Positions 50,005-62,863 of a DNA stretch of 64,000 nt are shown here, in pieces (positions within the stretch are counted from its first letter, which is position 1; every line of letters starts with the position of its first letter). A program made the position numbers and the translations under genes. The notes beneath the pieces were generated by a model. That model was not told where the DNA came from. It ran no database searches and worked only from the letters and a program-made list of their open reading frames with translations. The stretch is from assembly GCA_051362555.1 (NCBI GenBank), contig CM120640.1, positions 10,292,001-10,356,000 of the forward strand, read 5' to 3'. The DNA comes from Lingula anatina. Lineage: Eukaryota > Animalia > Brachiopoda.

Positions 50005-51466
50005 AAAGCCACCCATAAACTTTACCGTGAATAGTAAGTTTACTAAATGATATAGACAGGTACCCTGTAAGCACTGATATATGATATATATATGAGTATG
50101 TATTTGTAAGAACATTTACACACAACTGTTAAGTATACAGCGAGTATACAGTAGGTCGTGAAACAGTAAATCCAGTAGTTTTTCTAGGACTCAGTACAGG
50201 GCCTTAGGCTAGTTAAACTAAAAGAAGATTAATATAAGTAAAAGTCGACTAGTGTAAGACACCTATAATAAAGTCACACTAAGCAGTCACAGAAAATAAC
50301 CGAGTGTTAATCATGTCGCCCCTTTCCGCAATTCGATTAATCTAACTTCTGCAAAAAATATCGGGTTCGGTTACCATGTTCAGTAAACATTGTTTTACAG
50401 AGATGTTTCGTTCAGTTTAAGTTCTGTACATTTCAGTTTTCGTCGTTAAAACAACCCCCAAAGGATCAAAACACGCACAGCCTCAGATTCCAGTGATTTT
50501 CAAAATTTTGTTTAATACCAAGGCTAATTGGCGGAATAAATATTACTGTGGATAAAACAATCACTGGCGTTTTATTTCAAAGTAATAAGGGATGCCTAGA
50601 ATCAAGCAGCTAATCATAATACTTTCAAATGATGTAAAACTTCTTGTCTTGATAGCATGCTTTCCATGCGTGGCAGTATCGCAATGATAATGATTATTAT
50701 GCACCGTTTGGAAATGACGTCTGCCAAAAAACCATATACAATTATGAACCGAGTTGTGCTGACACTTCAATAAAGACATGCGGGTAGGAAATTGGCATGT
50801 GAAAGGTGAGTTTCCTGGCACATTGAATAGGCCTACAATTTTTTGTAATTTTCATTTTTTTTTAAATTCTATAAACGCACTATTACAAATGTGTAGGCTT
50901 GCTTGGGATGTGTTCGAAACGGTACCCTTTATTACTTCAGGTCTTTCCCAAACATAGGACACGTTTTAAAGAATTACAATGTACGTGACACACATACACA
51001 AGTACAATCCTATTTATACATTTACTTATATCAGTATAGTAAATTTTAATTGTTTTGGAGGTCTATAAAATACCTTCATTTTTATAACAGAGCTCATGTG
51101 TTGCTTTTTGGACACGTATTCATCATCTGAGAGGAAAGTAATTATGTAATCAATCAATTCCCGCGAAAGAGAAGGACCCGATGTTGGTATATCTCCCCAG
51201 CATCGTCCCCATAAACGGTTTTGTAAAGTGAATTATGTAGCATTCATCATATATTACATCAGTTATGACATGTAGGTGACAACGTGGATCACCTAAGTTT
51301 TGTCAAGTATAGATAAATTAGATTATTTTTGGCTAGATTAACTTTATGGCACTTAGGTTAAAATGACCAAAACGTAATTATTCAACAAGTGGTGCTATAT
51401 GTACTTAAAAGTTGAACACACGTTTAAAATCTTACACTTTATCTTTCGTTTAAGCATTTTAATGTC

Positions 51467-51581
51467 GGACCAAAGAACCTTCCAACTATAAAGCCTTCGG
51501 ACTACTGAACCTTCGGACTAATGAACGTCGGATCACAAATTTCAGAAACATGGACCAACGAACCTCCCGACTGTTGAACCT
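51467..51581 (+). repeat. Degenerate 16-bp tandem repeat (consensus near CGGACTAnTGAACCTT)
   Basis: CGGACCAAAGAACCTT, CCAACTATAAAGCCTT, CGGACTACTGAACCTT, CGGACTAATGAACGT, then TGGACCAACGAACCTC and CCGACTGTTGAACCT. Confidence 0.7.
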
Positions 51582-52264
51582 ATATGCACAACGTTTACAA
51601 TCATGCTCCTGGTGTCGGTGCAGTAACGTCTAAGTCTGACCCAGTATGACGGGAATGGTCGTAAGCTAGGAACCGTAGTCCGTTTCCATTTGTTAGTACT
51701 GGTACATGCGATACTTTGGCTACCTCCAACGTGCACTAATCATGAAACTTCAGACTTCAATTTCTAGGACTATCATTTCTGTCACAATGTGTAATCAATC
51801 ACAATTCAGGATTTTTGTTGAATATTTGCCATTACATCTTTAGTGTTAAACAATCATCAGCATATAAAATACCAGATAACACATTTTCTTTCTATTAAAA
51901 AGAAGGGTAGTTAAGCATGTTGATCATCTTTTTGCTGCATTTTTTTTTTTGCTATTTCCATATATTAGTAATGTATTCTTACACAAATCATGAAACAAAA
52001 ATGGACCCTTAAAAAAAATGAAATGATTCAAAAACCATTTATTGCACATAATTAAAGTGCTAAAGGCTTATGGATTCACAGTCCATTTCAAAATGATCCT
52101 GAAGTATCAGGAGATTTGTGTAGAAATGTTTAGCAAACCAGCTGCACCACTCCGAATGTAATGTTGTTGTCACACTGTTTGAAGTATCTTTGCTCCACAT
52201 TTTAAAGCATGTATCAATTAATAATCCTATTTGCAGTATTCTGATTGCATATTGTCTAATCTTA

Positions 52265-52889
52265 TTATCTCTTTTTCTTTCCAGATTTTGGTGCTTTTTC
52301 CAAGCCTGATACAAACTTCTGAGGGATTTGGTATTTTTCTGAAAAAGTGACAGATTTTTTTCAATTGTTTCTCTATATATTTCAGATAAAAAACACTACA
52401 AATTGTCTTCAATTATGCTATAGTGAAAATGCAAAAATACACATTTAAATTGACTGTACATTAATAGCAAAGAATTCTGATAATACACAATACTATACAC
52501 AGAGGATTAACTTTTAAAGGAGTGTGATTTCTTGGAACTTAGAAGTCCTCTGAACGAGTTTGACTTCTTGGAACTTAGAAGTCCAATATCTACACCCATA
52601 CCTGTTAGAAGCTTTTCAACATGTGCCACCTGATTTCCCTGGACTAGTACCTGCATGCCCTTATTCTTGCCTGGGAGTGGGGACACCGTGGTGCTGCAGG
52701 CTACACCTATCTGGACAGTGTGGGCAAACTCATGAGGATCTATGCCGTAGGTTTCCAGATTTTCCAACAGGGTGACCTGGAGGTAGACATATGAAGAATT
52801 TTTTTGGAGATACCTTACATTTTACCAATCAATCTTATTAGAATATACCCCCCCCCCAAAAAAAAAAAAAACAAATAAATAAAATAAAT

Positions 52890-52920
<31 letters not shown>

Positions 52921-55900
52921 ATAATAATAATGAGAAATCTTTCAACAAATTGAGTTAACAAAGCTGATTTTGTGGCTCACAACTACAACTATATCCTCAA
53001 TCCTTACCAAGAATAATATTTATTAGCAACTAAAGGTTGAATATTTCAATTGTAAAACTAAAATACTAAAGAAACATGACAAATAATGAAGAGAAGCTTA
53101 CTCAAAACTGAAGAGATACAGCATTCTCACCTTCTTATTCCCTGCTCTCTGCGCCACGTTGATTTTAATGGGCTGAATCCCTCCTTTCTTGAACACTGGC
53201 TTTTGACCTGGAAAGGTAATCTGATGGACCGCATGCATCCTTGACAGACAACTAAAATAGATAAAAGATTTTGTGGACTTATCTAGCTGTTATTATTATT
53301 ATTATTATTTTGACTAGATTTACAAACCACTTAGAAATACTTGAAATACAATATGAACATATATCCTGATTTGAAAACTTAATATTAAAAAGTTGTTAAC
53401 CATATATAATTTATAAGAATTAATGACGGAACAGTCTCTACTTCTGTGTTGATATTGATAAAGTTTCTGTTTCTATACAAGCATACCTGCTTGTCAAATC
53501 ATTCCATCTTAAATGTGTGACATAGTCATTCTTACTGACTAAGCAGTCAGTCAAGATTGGGTCAAGAACTACCCGACTGGAAAATAAATTTGATGACAAC
53601 AACCAATTAGAAATTTCCTTTTTTTCCTTACTGTAACTAACAGAATGTCTGACAGAAATGTTAACATAATTTAGAATGATTTCAATTTTTGCCTTAAATT
53701 GCTAACAATATAATCAAATCATAATTTTGCTGGTGTATAGTTGTTAATTTGAAATACTGTCAACCAAACAATTATCATGTTATAATCATATTGCATCCAG
53801 TATATATAAAAATGAACATATCACCAATTATCTTTAAAATCTATTAAATCTTTTATACTTGTCTCACACATTATAAAACAAAATATCTGCTCACCCTTTG
53901 TTATCCTTATCTTGGAGGTCATTATCACTGACATATTTCACAAGAGCTTTTCTCACCTCACCTGCAACTAAGATGCTGTCTTTCCTAAAATGACAAAAAT
54001 AACTTCATAAACTCTTCATAAACCTTTCATAAATATTCATCTCGATTCTTATAAAATAGCACTAATTGTTTTCTGCTGGTACATATACAAAACAATAACA
54101 AATAGACAATACTAATATAAAATGGGAAAAAATATATCTGAACGTACTTGTAACCACTTGGCTTGAACAAAATCTCCAAATTATGAGGGACGGAGTACTT
54201 CAAAGTTATTTCTGGAGGTTGATAAGATGCTTTAGCACCACTAGTCTCCTCATCTTGTACTTCTTCATGGAAAGCGAACCCCTCGGGTACACTGAACTCT
54301 CTAAGACTTATTAAATAAAAGAATAAATTGTTCAGAAATGTTTCATATAAACTATCCCGACCTTCAAGTCCAATGTGCGCCAGCTTATTTTTAAACCTCC
54401 ACATGTGCACTCTTACTGGACTCTGACCTTCAGCACAGTCTGCGATGTTGACCAATGGCCCAACTGCCAATGCCAGTCAAAACTGGACTGTTGTACCATG
54501 AAAATCTGACTCCCCTAAAAGGTGACTCCCCAGTCAGATTTTCATTATGAAAACTTCTTAAATCTTTTTTATCTGAGTATATGACTTTTACTTTGTAGTA
54601 TGCATAATGGAGGATACATTGGCACTTTTTATTAGTTTGCAGGTGAAAATTTTTAATGAGAAAATGAGAAAATTAAGATGTGTATTTTACCACCCATGCA
54701 ATGTGTCATGCATCATAATCTGTTATTATTCAAGTTAAACACATCACACAAAAATTGAAAAAATTCTTACCTCTGATTATCCTTATGGATAGTAACAATG
54801 CTCTCCACCCCCTTGGATAGCTCTTTGACATCTATAAGGCCTTGGGACTGTTTGATTTGCAGAAACTTGGACAGCTAAAAAGACAACAATAAATAATACT
54901 AGTTAGAAATTTTATGTAATGTTATGAGAGGAAGGTTGTTTAGATTAGTCATTCATTTTTAGAACTCAATCCTTTATCGCTACCTGCACTTTGATCAATT
55001 ACTTGATAAAAACAATCAAACAGATACTTAAACAAAAATGTATTAAAAACTTTTTAATGTTATGATGCTCTCCATACCTTTTTGTGTGACGATTTTTTAA
55101 TATCAAGAAATCTTCCAGATGGGCTGAAAAGAAATGTATACATAGTTGTTTTTAGTAGGAAAACATCTCAAGAAACATTTTCTTGCATAAACACATGCAA
55201 TAATGATCTAAAAATGCATCCACACTCACATTTTCAAATCTAACAAGGACACTGATACTTACCAAAAAGGCACCATGTAACTCCTAAAAAATTTACTGGT
55301 AAGCAGTGGCAAGTCACTCTTCTTGACCTGTGTCTTTAAAGCACACATAAAGCATATGTCCAAAAGGTCATCCATGGCTGAAAATAAAGAGGCACATAAA
55401 GTTAAAAATTGCCTAAAAAAACTTCAAATAATGTACAAATGCCTTAAATCATGGTTAACATGATAAAAAATAAAGTTATGCTCTAAAGTTTTTTAAAAGC
55501 TGGCTGAAAAGTATAAGGTACCTTCTGGACTGATTGTCTCTTCTTGGCATTCGATATTGCTTTCTTCGACAGTGACATCTTCAGTCTCTCTATTATTGCT
55601 ATTTTCTACTCCTGAATTTAAGCCATTATCATCTCTTTCACCTGCTGCACAGTCTGATTTTTCAATTGACAGCTGATTTTCTGCTAAATCTGATAAACTG
55701 TTGTCTGTGTTTATTATTCCAGCAGATTCTGGTTTTTCTCCAAATGTCTCAGAATTTTCTTCTGACATTTCTTCAGCTTCTCCATTTTCTTCAAAAATTT
55801 CAGAAGGTGCTAAGCCATCATGTACAATAGGTAATTGGCCTTTGTCCCCAGCAGCCCTTTAAATGACATTTCAATGCTATCACATAATACTCCAAAAATA

Positions 55901-56623
55901 TAAGTTAGGCACAAAGTACTGTTATACTGTATTTTGCACTTGTATTGTCTTTATTTAAGAAAGTACAAAAAGTGGAGAGAAAATACCAGTATTTCAACTA
56001 TATGCACCAAACCTTTGAAACATTATCTATTTAAGAAATTGCTTTAACATACTTTCTGTTATCAGACTCTGTATATCTTCAGATAACCTATAAAAGAATG
56101 TATTTTCTTACCAGAAATAGATAGTATTTTCTTACCACAAATGATCTAGATAAGAATGGATAACAATGACTCCTTTTCCCCTCATTCCAGAGTCCACCAT
56201 ATCACTACTGGACAGGGCTGCTCTCCCAATGGCTACAGGACATCTAAAATGTTGGACATATTTTATCTGTTCTTTGCAATATTATTTTGAACTTTCTCAA
56301 GTTACCGTAAGCAGAACAGGGTACTTTGCTTTTTAAGTCTTATGTATCTAAAAAGGTTATAATGTGTTTGATATGAAAATGATAAAATTTCATTTCTTGT
56401 GGCAAATCTTTGGAAAATATACCTGTTCCCTGCAAGGTTAATTGCACATATGGCACCTTTCTCCAAAGACCATAATGATCTGGGGGTGACATCTCCCTTA
56501 ACTACTATCCCAGGCAACATTAGATCTGAAATTTCAAAAAAAAATTGAAAAAGTAGATGCATAAATGGTTATGAATTGCTATAAATGTGTGTGTGTGTGT
56601 GTGCGCGAACGTGCATGTACGCG

Positions 56624-56666
<43 letters not shown>

Positions 56667-57879
56667 AGAGAGAGAGAGAAGAAGAGAGAAAGTGTATTTA
56701 CCTGCTCCTCCAGATATTTTCTCAAACACTGGAGGCCATGTTGTAAAGACTGGAACGATATCTGGGTTCTTCCACAATGTGTACACTACAAATAAAACAA
56801 ACGACTCTTGAAAAAGATGAAGATAGAACTGAAATTGACTCTCATACTAGATCTTACATTCTGAAACAGAGGTTACAATATTTTGATCTTATCTCAAGGT
56901 CTGCTTCAGGTGAATTTGATGTTTAGTTGTCATATCAAAATATATCAGGAGTCAAGAACTGTAACAACTTGCATGATTTTGTTGTTTGTATTCAATCAAT
57001 AAATATTTTGTCTTCAATTTAAATTCAAATACAGCTAGCAAACTAATAAATGTCTTGGACATTATATTATTACATTTAATTTAACAAAACAATTGCTAAG
57101 ATCTGCAAATCAAACACTGCTACAAACTAGTACTTTGATACAGAAATATATTTCTTTATATACACGTACGAACTGTACTGTATATATACAATTAAATGTG
57201 CCTACTAGTATATTCACTGAATTATATGGAGAAGACTCACCTGTGGGAAAAAGACATCTATTTACTTCAAAGAATATGGGATTTTTGTGAAGAACATATA
57301 CTACAACGCTTTCTCCCGAGTGTGAGTAGATTTTCATAATACTCATCTCTTCCTTATTTGGTACCAGATCAGTCCATTGATCAGAGGGAAGACTTGGAAA
57401 CTGGACTTCTAGTTCTGCTCTCAACTTTTTGCTGAAATAAATAATGAAAATGCACCAATTCTAATCAGATTTGTAAAAAACTACTTAATTACAATGTTGT
57501 AGATACCAGATGATTGTACCAGTGGAATACAGGTGAAACTGCACTGAAACTGCTCTATTTTTTATAACAAATATTTCTGACACACTGAAACATCGGAAAA
57601 AACATTTATTTGATTTTAAACATCAAGGGCATTAAGTTGAAATGGATATTCAGAAAGTAGAATAACATCAATTTAAGGCTTAAAAGAGGAGGAAACCAAT
57701 AGGCTGTGGAAAAAAGGCCTGACACTGACAGGATTGAGTCAGAGTGGTGCAATCGACCGAGCAGTCACTTCGTTAATCATGCCCTTTTCTTTAAATGACA
57801 CACATTTTAATCCATACGCTTACCGGTCAGAGCCCTTAATAGCCGTCTGAGACTTGATTTTAAAAGGTTTGAGAAACAT
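52265..57879 (-). CDS. EIF2D: Eukaryotic translation initiation factor 2D (ligatin)
   Basis: Fifteen exons: 57879-57824, 57431-57241, 56785-56702, 56525-56423, 56243-56136, 55856-55522, 55377-55263, 55123-55078, 54874-54771, 54306-54148, 53984-53895, 53576-53487, 53251-53131, 52776-52602 and 52338-52265, total 1851 nt, 616 aa. N-terminus MFLKPFKIKSQTAIKGSDRKKLR, PUA-region PTVYTLW and GGADLMLPG, C-terminal SUI1 region GNKKVTLLENLE...VQGNQV, ending GLEKAPKSGKKKR. Confidence 0.95.
54498..54545. repeat. Short perfect inverted repeat (14-bp arms), probable MITE relic in an EIF2D intron
   Basis: ATGAAAATCTGACT (54498-54511) and AGTCAGATTTTCAT (54532-54545), with a duplicated TGACTCCCC motif (54507-54515 and 54523-54531). 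Confidence 0.7.
56586..56678. repeat. Compound (TG)n/(GA)n microsatellite
   Basis: Two TG runs and a GA run in EIF2D intron 3. Confidence 0.9.
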
Positions 57880-59832
57880 TTCATTGACAAATGTTAAGAC
57901 CAGAATCAGCCGGCAACTTGATAATATTTCCCCACGCGAAATAATAAAAAATCCTCACCGATGCTGCAGACAACCAGTAAATGAATCACGGTAAGCCTCA
58001 GGTTACCAATGTTAAAATTACCATTCACTCGCACTTCCAACGCTTCAACAAGAACAGAATCTTGGCATACCCGCTCAAAATTATAAATGCAGGAGACTAC
58101 ATACAGAATGTGGCTTCTGACAGCTAAAAGTCGCCTTTGGGTGAAGACTGAACCACCAAATTAAAGAAAAATAAACAAATTTGAATCATTACGTGTAAAA
58201 GGAAATAAGAAACTTCAAAGCCAGAAAAATATATATCATCAATGTATGAAGATAATTTAACTTCAAACCAAAAAATATAAATCTTCTGTTGTATAAATTG
58301 CAATAAAGCTAGCTGAAAATGATATAAGGCCTGATCCCTGATCTATTTAATTTGACTAACGTTAGAAAATAAGTATTCAAAATTAAGCTTCCATTAAAAA
58401 GTTTTTTTTAAAATGAAGAAACTATGAGATTTTGCCTTTGAGTTACAGATACAGGTAAATATCAAAAACGAAAGAGGCACGACGGAACAGAAACAGTCGC
58501 AGCAAAAATAAATGAATAAATAAAAAAATAAACAAACAATTAAAAAAAATAACAAACAAATAACTAGATAGGAAAATGAGATGTAAATTGTTGCTCGATA
58601 AATAAGGTTCAGTAAGTGAGTAAAAAATATATATTCATCATACTTACTTTAAACACATATAATAGATGAAAAACATGATACAGAAATTGGTTAATTTTTT
58701 TCATCATTTCCCCTACTTCTTAGAAAACGGCCATTAAAAAAAAAATAGATGACAGATGTCGAGAACAAAAGAGGCAGATGTAGTGTACCCAGCATATATG
58801 AACGCAACGCATTTATGAAAGTTATATAGTATATATGCATTGCAACTCGCCAGCTGCTAGTTGTAGGCCTACCGGTTGGCTACCTGACATCCACTCACAT
58901 TTTGCTCAATGCAGACGTCCAGGTCACACTTTTGTGTATGTTAATGCCTTATGATCGAGTTTCTTTTCATTTTAAATTGTCAATCGTTCGATCAAAGTTG
59001 AAAAAAAAATCTATCAATGTGACTTACATGTGAATCCAGATGTGCATAATATGACCCTAATATCGGAAGAATTTCGGTCTCATTGCATATAAGCCTATTA
59101 TATATATAGGCCTCGTTAGGTCATCTCAATTCATTTTGTGACAAAAGTAGGGGATCATATTAACCCTCCCGTGTATTTTGTTTGAAGTCGGCACTGGTGT
59201 TGTATCTCATACCCATCACCTTTAGACTAATTCCTTCTTTCCTTATTTTGAAGAAGCATATGGGAGAAACCTTGGCCTTCTGCGTGGCAGTTTGAGAACT
59301 GAGACAGTCCATGCACGCTTTTTTTTTTAAAGAAAAAAAAAAGAACAGAAAAAAATTCAAGGTTTATTCTCTTGCTCACACGGAAAAATATCTAATAAGA
59401 GTGAAGTAAATTATTGAAACTATAGATACTGTAGAAATTGAAGAGGAGACAAGGTGTCAATGAGGATTTTTTTTACAATTAAAACAAAAAAAAAAAGAAA
59501 TTACATGTAGGCGCATATAGGCCTATATGTATAAGCCTATATTATTAGTTTAAAGTCACGCTATTCGCGGAATCATCATCAAAAGTAACCAGTGCTGTAA
59601 ACCGAGAATAATGTTGATTTATAGTGAGCAGGTAGCCCCATCATATTCTCATGTAGAAATCCGATTGGGATTCAGCCAGGCCGTTCAGCCGGCTTTCCTC
59701 TCTTTCTGCAGTTTGTTGTCGCAACTGTCACAATGTAGGCCAATGAAAAATTTAAAAAAGAAAGCTCTATAAATCAAAGATCTCTTATTTTCTCTTTTAA
59801 AAAATAGTTATTTAGTTATTTGGAAAAGTCGG

Positions 59833-59876
59833 AAAAGAGCGGGTTCTTTTAAGAACCTAAAAGAACCTGCTCTTTT
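59833..59876. repeat. Hairpin with 18-bp arms
   Basis: AAAAGAGCGGGTTCTTTT, loop AAGAACCT, then AAAAGAACCTGCTCTTTT (17/18 complementary). Confidence 0.75.
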
Positions 59877-60848
59877 TTTTCTTTTTCTGTTTTTTTTTTC
59901 TTTAAAAAAGTGCATACGCAGGCTGTCTCAATTTTCAGACTATTTCCATGAAAAATTGGAATATTATTTTTATTCATTTGTTTTGATAGCAAATAAATGG
60001 ATTTTATGTTTGCCAAATGAAATCAACGCTGCCAATTGCTCTTGGGGAACCAATCGGCTCTTGGAACTCCCGCCATGTTTGATTACACATGTTTCCATGG
60101 AGTGAAAATAAGCAAAGCAACAGTTGTTTTTAATCTGTGTAGAGCTGGTATATGGTCACAGGATGAATGGGAAGCAAAACAAGGACACGATATGTGGTAT
60201 ACAATGGAATTACATAGTTGCTGTGTTTCACTTGGTAACATAATGTCTTAGGCCTTCACAGGATGGGGGTAGCCTGTGGGGACGATGGCAAAAGGATGTT
60301 CTGTTAATCAATTTTAAATATCAGTTCTGAAACCACGGTCGTAAATACAAGCCAGAGTAGTCATTGTGAAATGCACTGAGAAACAGTTTGCCGTTTTAGC
60401 AGAGTTAGACGGTAAGAAAAATGTGAATGATGTATTTAACTGAAACCATTTACTGCATGTGCAGGTCTAAAACTGTCAAATCTAGGCCAACTGATATAAT
60501 ATAGTGGTAGAGTGCATGCAGATTATTAGTACAAATACAGTGTGCGGTGTATAATTCAGTAAAATTAATTTTGTCAAGTCTAAACAGTTGCATTTCCCGG
60601 GCTGAAATTCTTGTGTGGATGCATCTCATCAGCAACATTTACTGTACAAGGGCTCTTGTGCAAAAAGAAGACTGACAAGTGAAAGGTGCACAGATCGTTT
60701 TCCTGAAAAAAAAAAAAAAAAAAAAAAACTTGTACTTTAATTATGGATTTTTATTTTTTTCTAACTAACCAATCTTTGATCCTTCTTTCCTGACACTTGC
60801 CATAACTCTCTAACAGTCTTGGAAAATTAAAAAGTTCTTAACCCATGC

Positions 60849-60888
60849 CTTGGACCTAAATAGAGAAGGTTCTCTATTTAGGTCCAAG
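60849..60888. mobile_element. 40-bp palindromic element flanked by 7-bp direct repeats
   Basis: CTTGGACCTAAATAGAGAA-GG-TTCTCTATTTAGGTCCAAG (perfect 19-bp arms) between CCCATGC at 60842-48 and 60889-95. Confidence 0.7.
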
Positions 60889-61049
60889 CCCATGCTTAAA
60901 GCAGGTATTTCGGATATGTGCAGAAAGAAAAAGTCAAACATATGCTGCTACATGGAAGTCATATTTGAAAGCAAGATTAGCCTTTGGCAAACAGTAAATA
61001 ATAAAAAAAGTAGGACAAAAACAAGTCCCCATTGTGAACCTTTCCTTCT

Positions 61050-61093
<44 letters not shown>

Positions 61094-62863
61094 GCTATCA
61101 GTTGCCCATGTACTTCTAGCCAAACAGATTGCAGGATACCACTTGCAGCATAGAAATGGCAATAAATCAAGCTGAAAAAATGAGAATGGTTTTTTTAAGT
61201 TGATCTCAAAAACCAATCATTTGAGGTATATTTTCTTCACTGAATAATGCCTTGGTATTCATTAGAAAATTGATGAAGTTTCAGGGCAAATTCTTTTTTC
61301 CCATAATACCATATAAATAGGTAAGATATGGTCTAATTAAGTGTGGGTTTGTCATACTCAGCAATCATGGTTCAAGCACTGAGTTTTGGGTCTGTGATTC
61401 AAAACTGTGTCAAGATGGTCGACTGGTGGCAAGGAATGTCTGGAGTTCTAAATAAGATTATTTTTGGCAAATTTTTTTTTGCTGCTTTTCCTTGTTAAAA
61501 ATGATCAAGAAGTATTACTTCTCAGATAAATTCAACAAGAAGTGCTTTATCTACTTTTTAGTTCAATGGTTCAAAGGTTTTAACTAAAAAAGTTTTTAAA
61601 TTAAAATTACAATTATTCCTAGGATCCATTGGTCTGAAAGGTTATTAGTTTAAAAAGTAATTCTGTTGTGCAAACAAACATGGTTGAAATAATTTCTTTT
61701 TACCTTGTCCAATAGCTATTCAGAGTAATGAGCCCCTGTTTCACAATAATCTGTTCTGTTCTGTTCAGTTCTATAGCAGGACACATGTCTAAGTTAATTC
61801 AAAATGCAAAAAAAAAAAACTTATTCGACAGGAAGGAATCCCTCCCCTTAAATTCCCCCATCTATTAAAAACATAAAATACTGTCTAAATCTACCATGTG
61901 TTGAAAGTGAAACGATAATTTTGTCTGGAATTTTGAGCAAGAATATGTATGCCAATTACCTAGCTTCCAGATTGAGATGGGTATATATAGCCTATACACC
62001 TGTATACATCACTTATGAGAATAATAAAATTGTTTATTTCAGAAAGGATTACGTCAACAATTAAAGGTCTTTGCTAATGATATAGGTTAAGGATACACTA
62101 ATTACCTGTATATACATGGTTGGTTTATTGTACCACCAGCGTTAGCGCTGGCGGTACACATGGTTTCGGTCCCGTCCGGATCGTTCCGCCGGACGGCTAC
62201 CGTTACCGCTTCTCCTCCTAGACGGTGAGGGCCCCCGTACCCATCTCTTGCATTTAGGTCACCTATAATCTCAACTCGTTCCACGTAAAATTTGGGCTTT
62301 GTCGGTATTGGGGTCTGGGTGTGGCACTCATTGCAATGCACCCTTGTCCAAAAATGGCAAAATTAAATGCTAATTATCTACCCTACGGAAGGGGTTATGG
62401 GAAAAATTTCTACAGACGGCTTTCCAAAAGTCATATGTGTAGATTTCAAATATGCCCTTGGCTTTGACCTTTGACATTTACTTCAAGGTCAAATGGGCCA
62501 AAATTTTCAAAAAAATAAAATTTTTTACGAAAAAAATTTTTTTTGCCCTGTTATTCAGACACCACACAGACTTAACCAATAATATTATTGGAAAGTGTTA
62601 CCCTTTAGGTCATCTTTCATCTCCGTGAATTTGGGGTCAATCGGTGCATTTTCACGGGAGTAGCGGCCATAAGATGCCGAAACTGAAAACTGTCTCTAAT
62701 TCAGGAACCGTTAATGCTAGAGACCCATTCTTTTTTGCATTTTGTAGAGCATGTAAAGCCCAACACTGGGGGTGGTCTCCGTTTTTTTGTATTCCAAACG
62801 GTTTTGGAGTTACGCTATCAAAAAGTACATATTGGTGGTGAAAGCAAAATGTGCAGTACGGTA

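Noticed and set aside
54027-54470. 147-aa ORF as a separate gene
   Set aside because: Only 54148-54306 is an EIF2D exon; the rest is open intronic flank. The same applies to ORFs overhanging the ENPP7-like and EF-hand exons.
57730-57785. Possible C/D box snoRNA in EIF2D intron 1 (minus strand ATGATTA...CTGA)
   Set aside because: The C box is imperfect, the C-to-D distance is too short, and there is no convincing terminal stem.
62102-62341. 79-aa minus-strand ORF with plausible splice signals
   Set aside because: It overlaps the 5' subTIR, hairpin and microsatellite of the HINE. GC-rich repeat sequence explains the open frame, and I recognise no domain.
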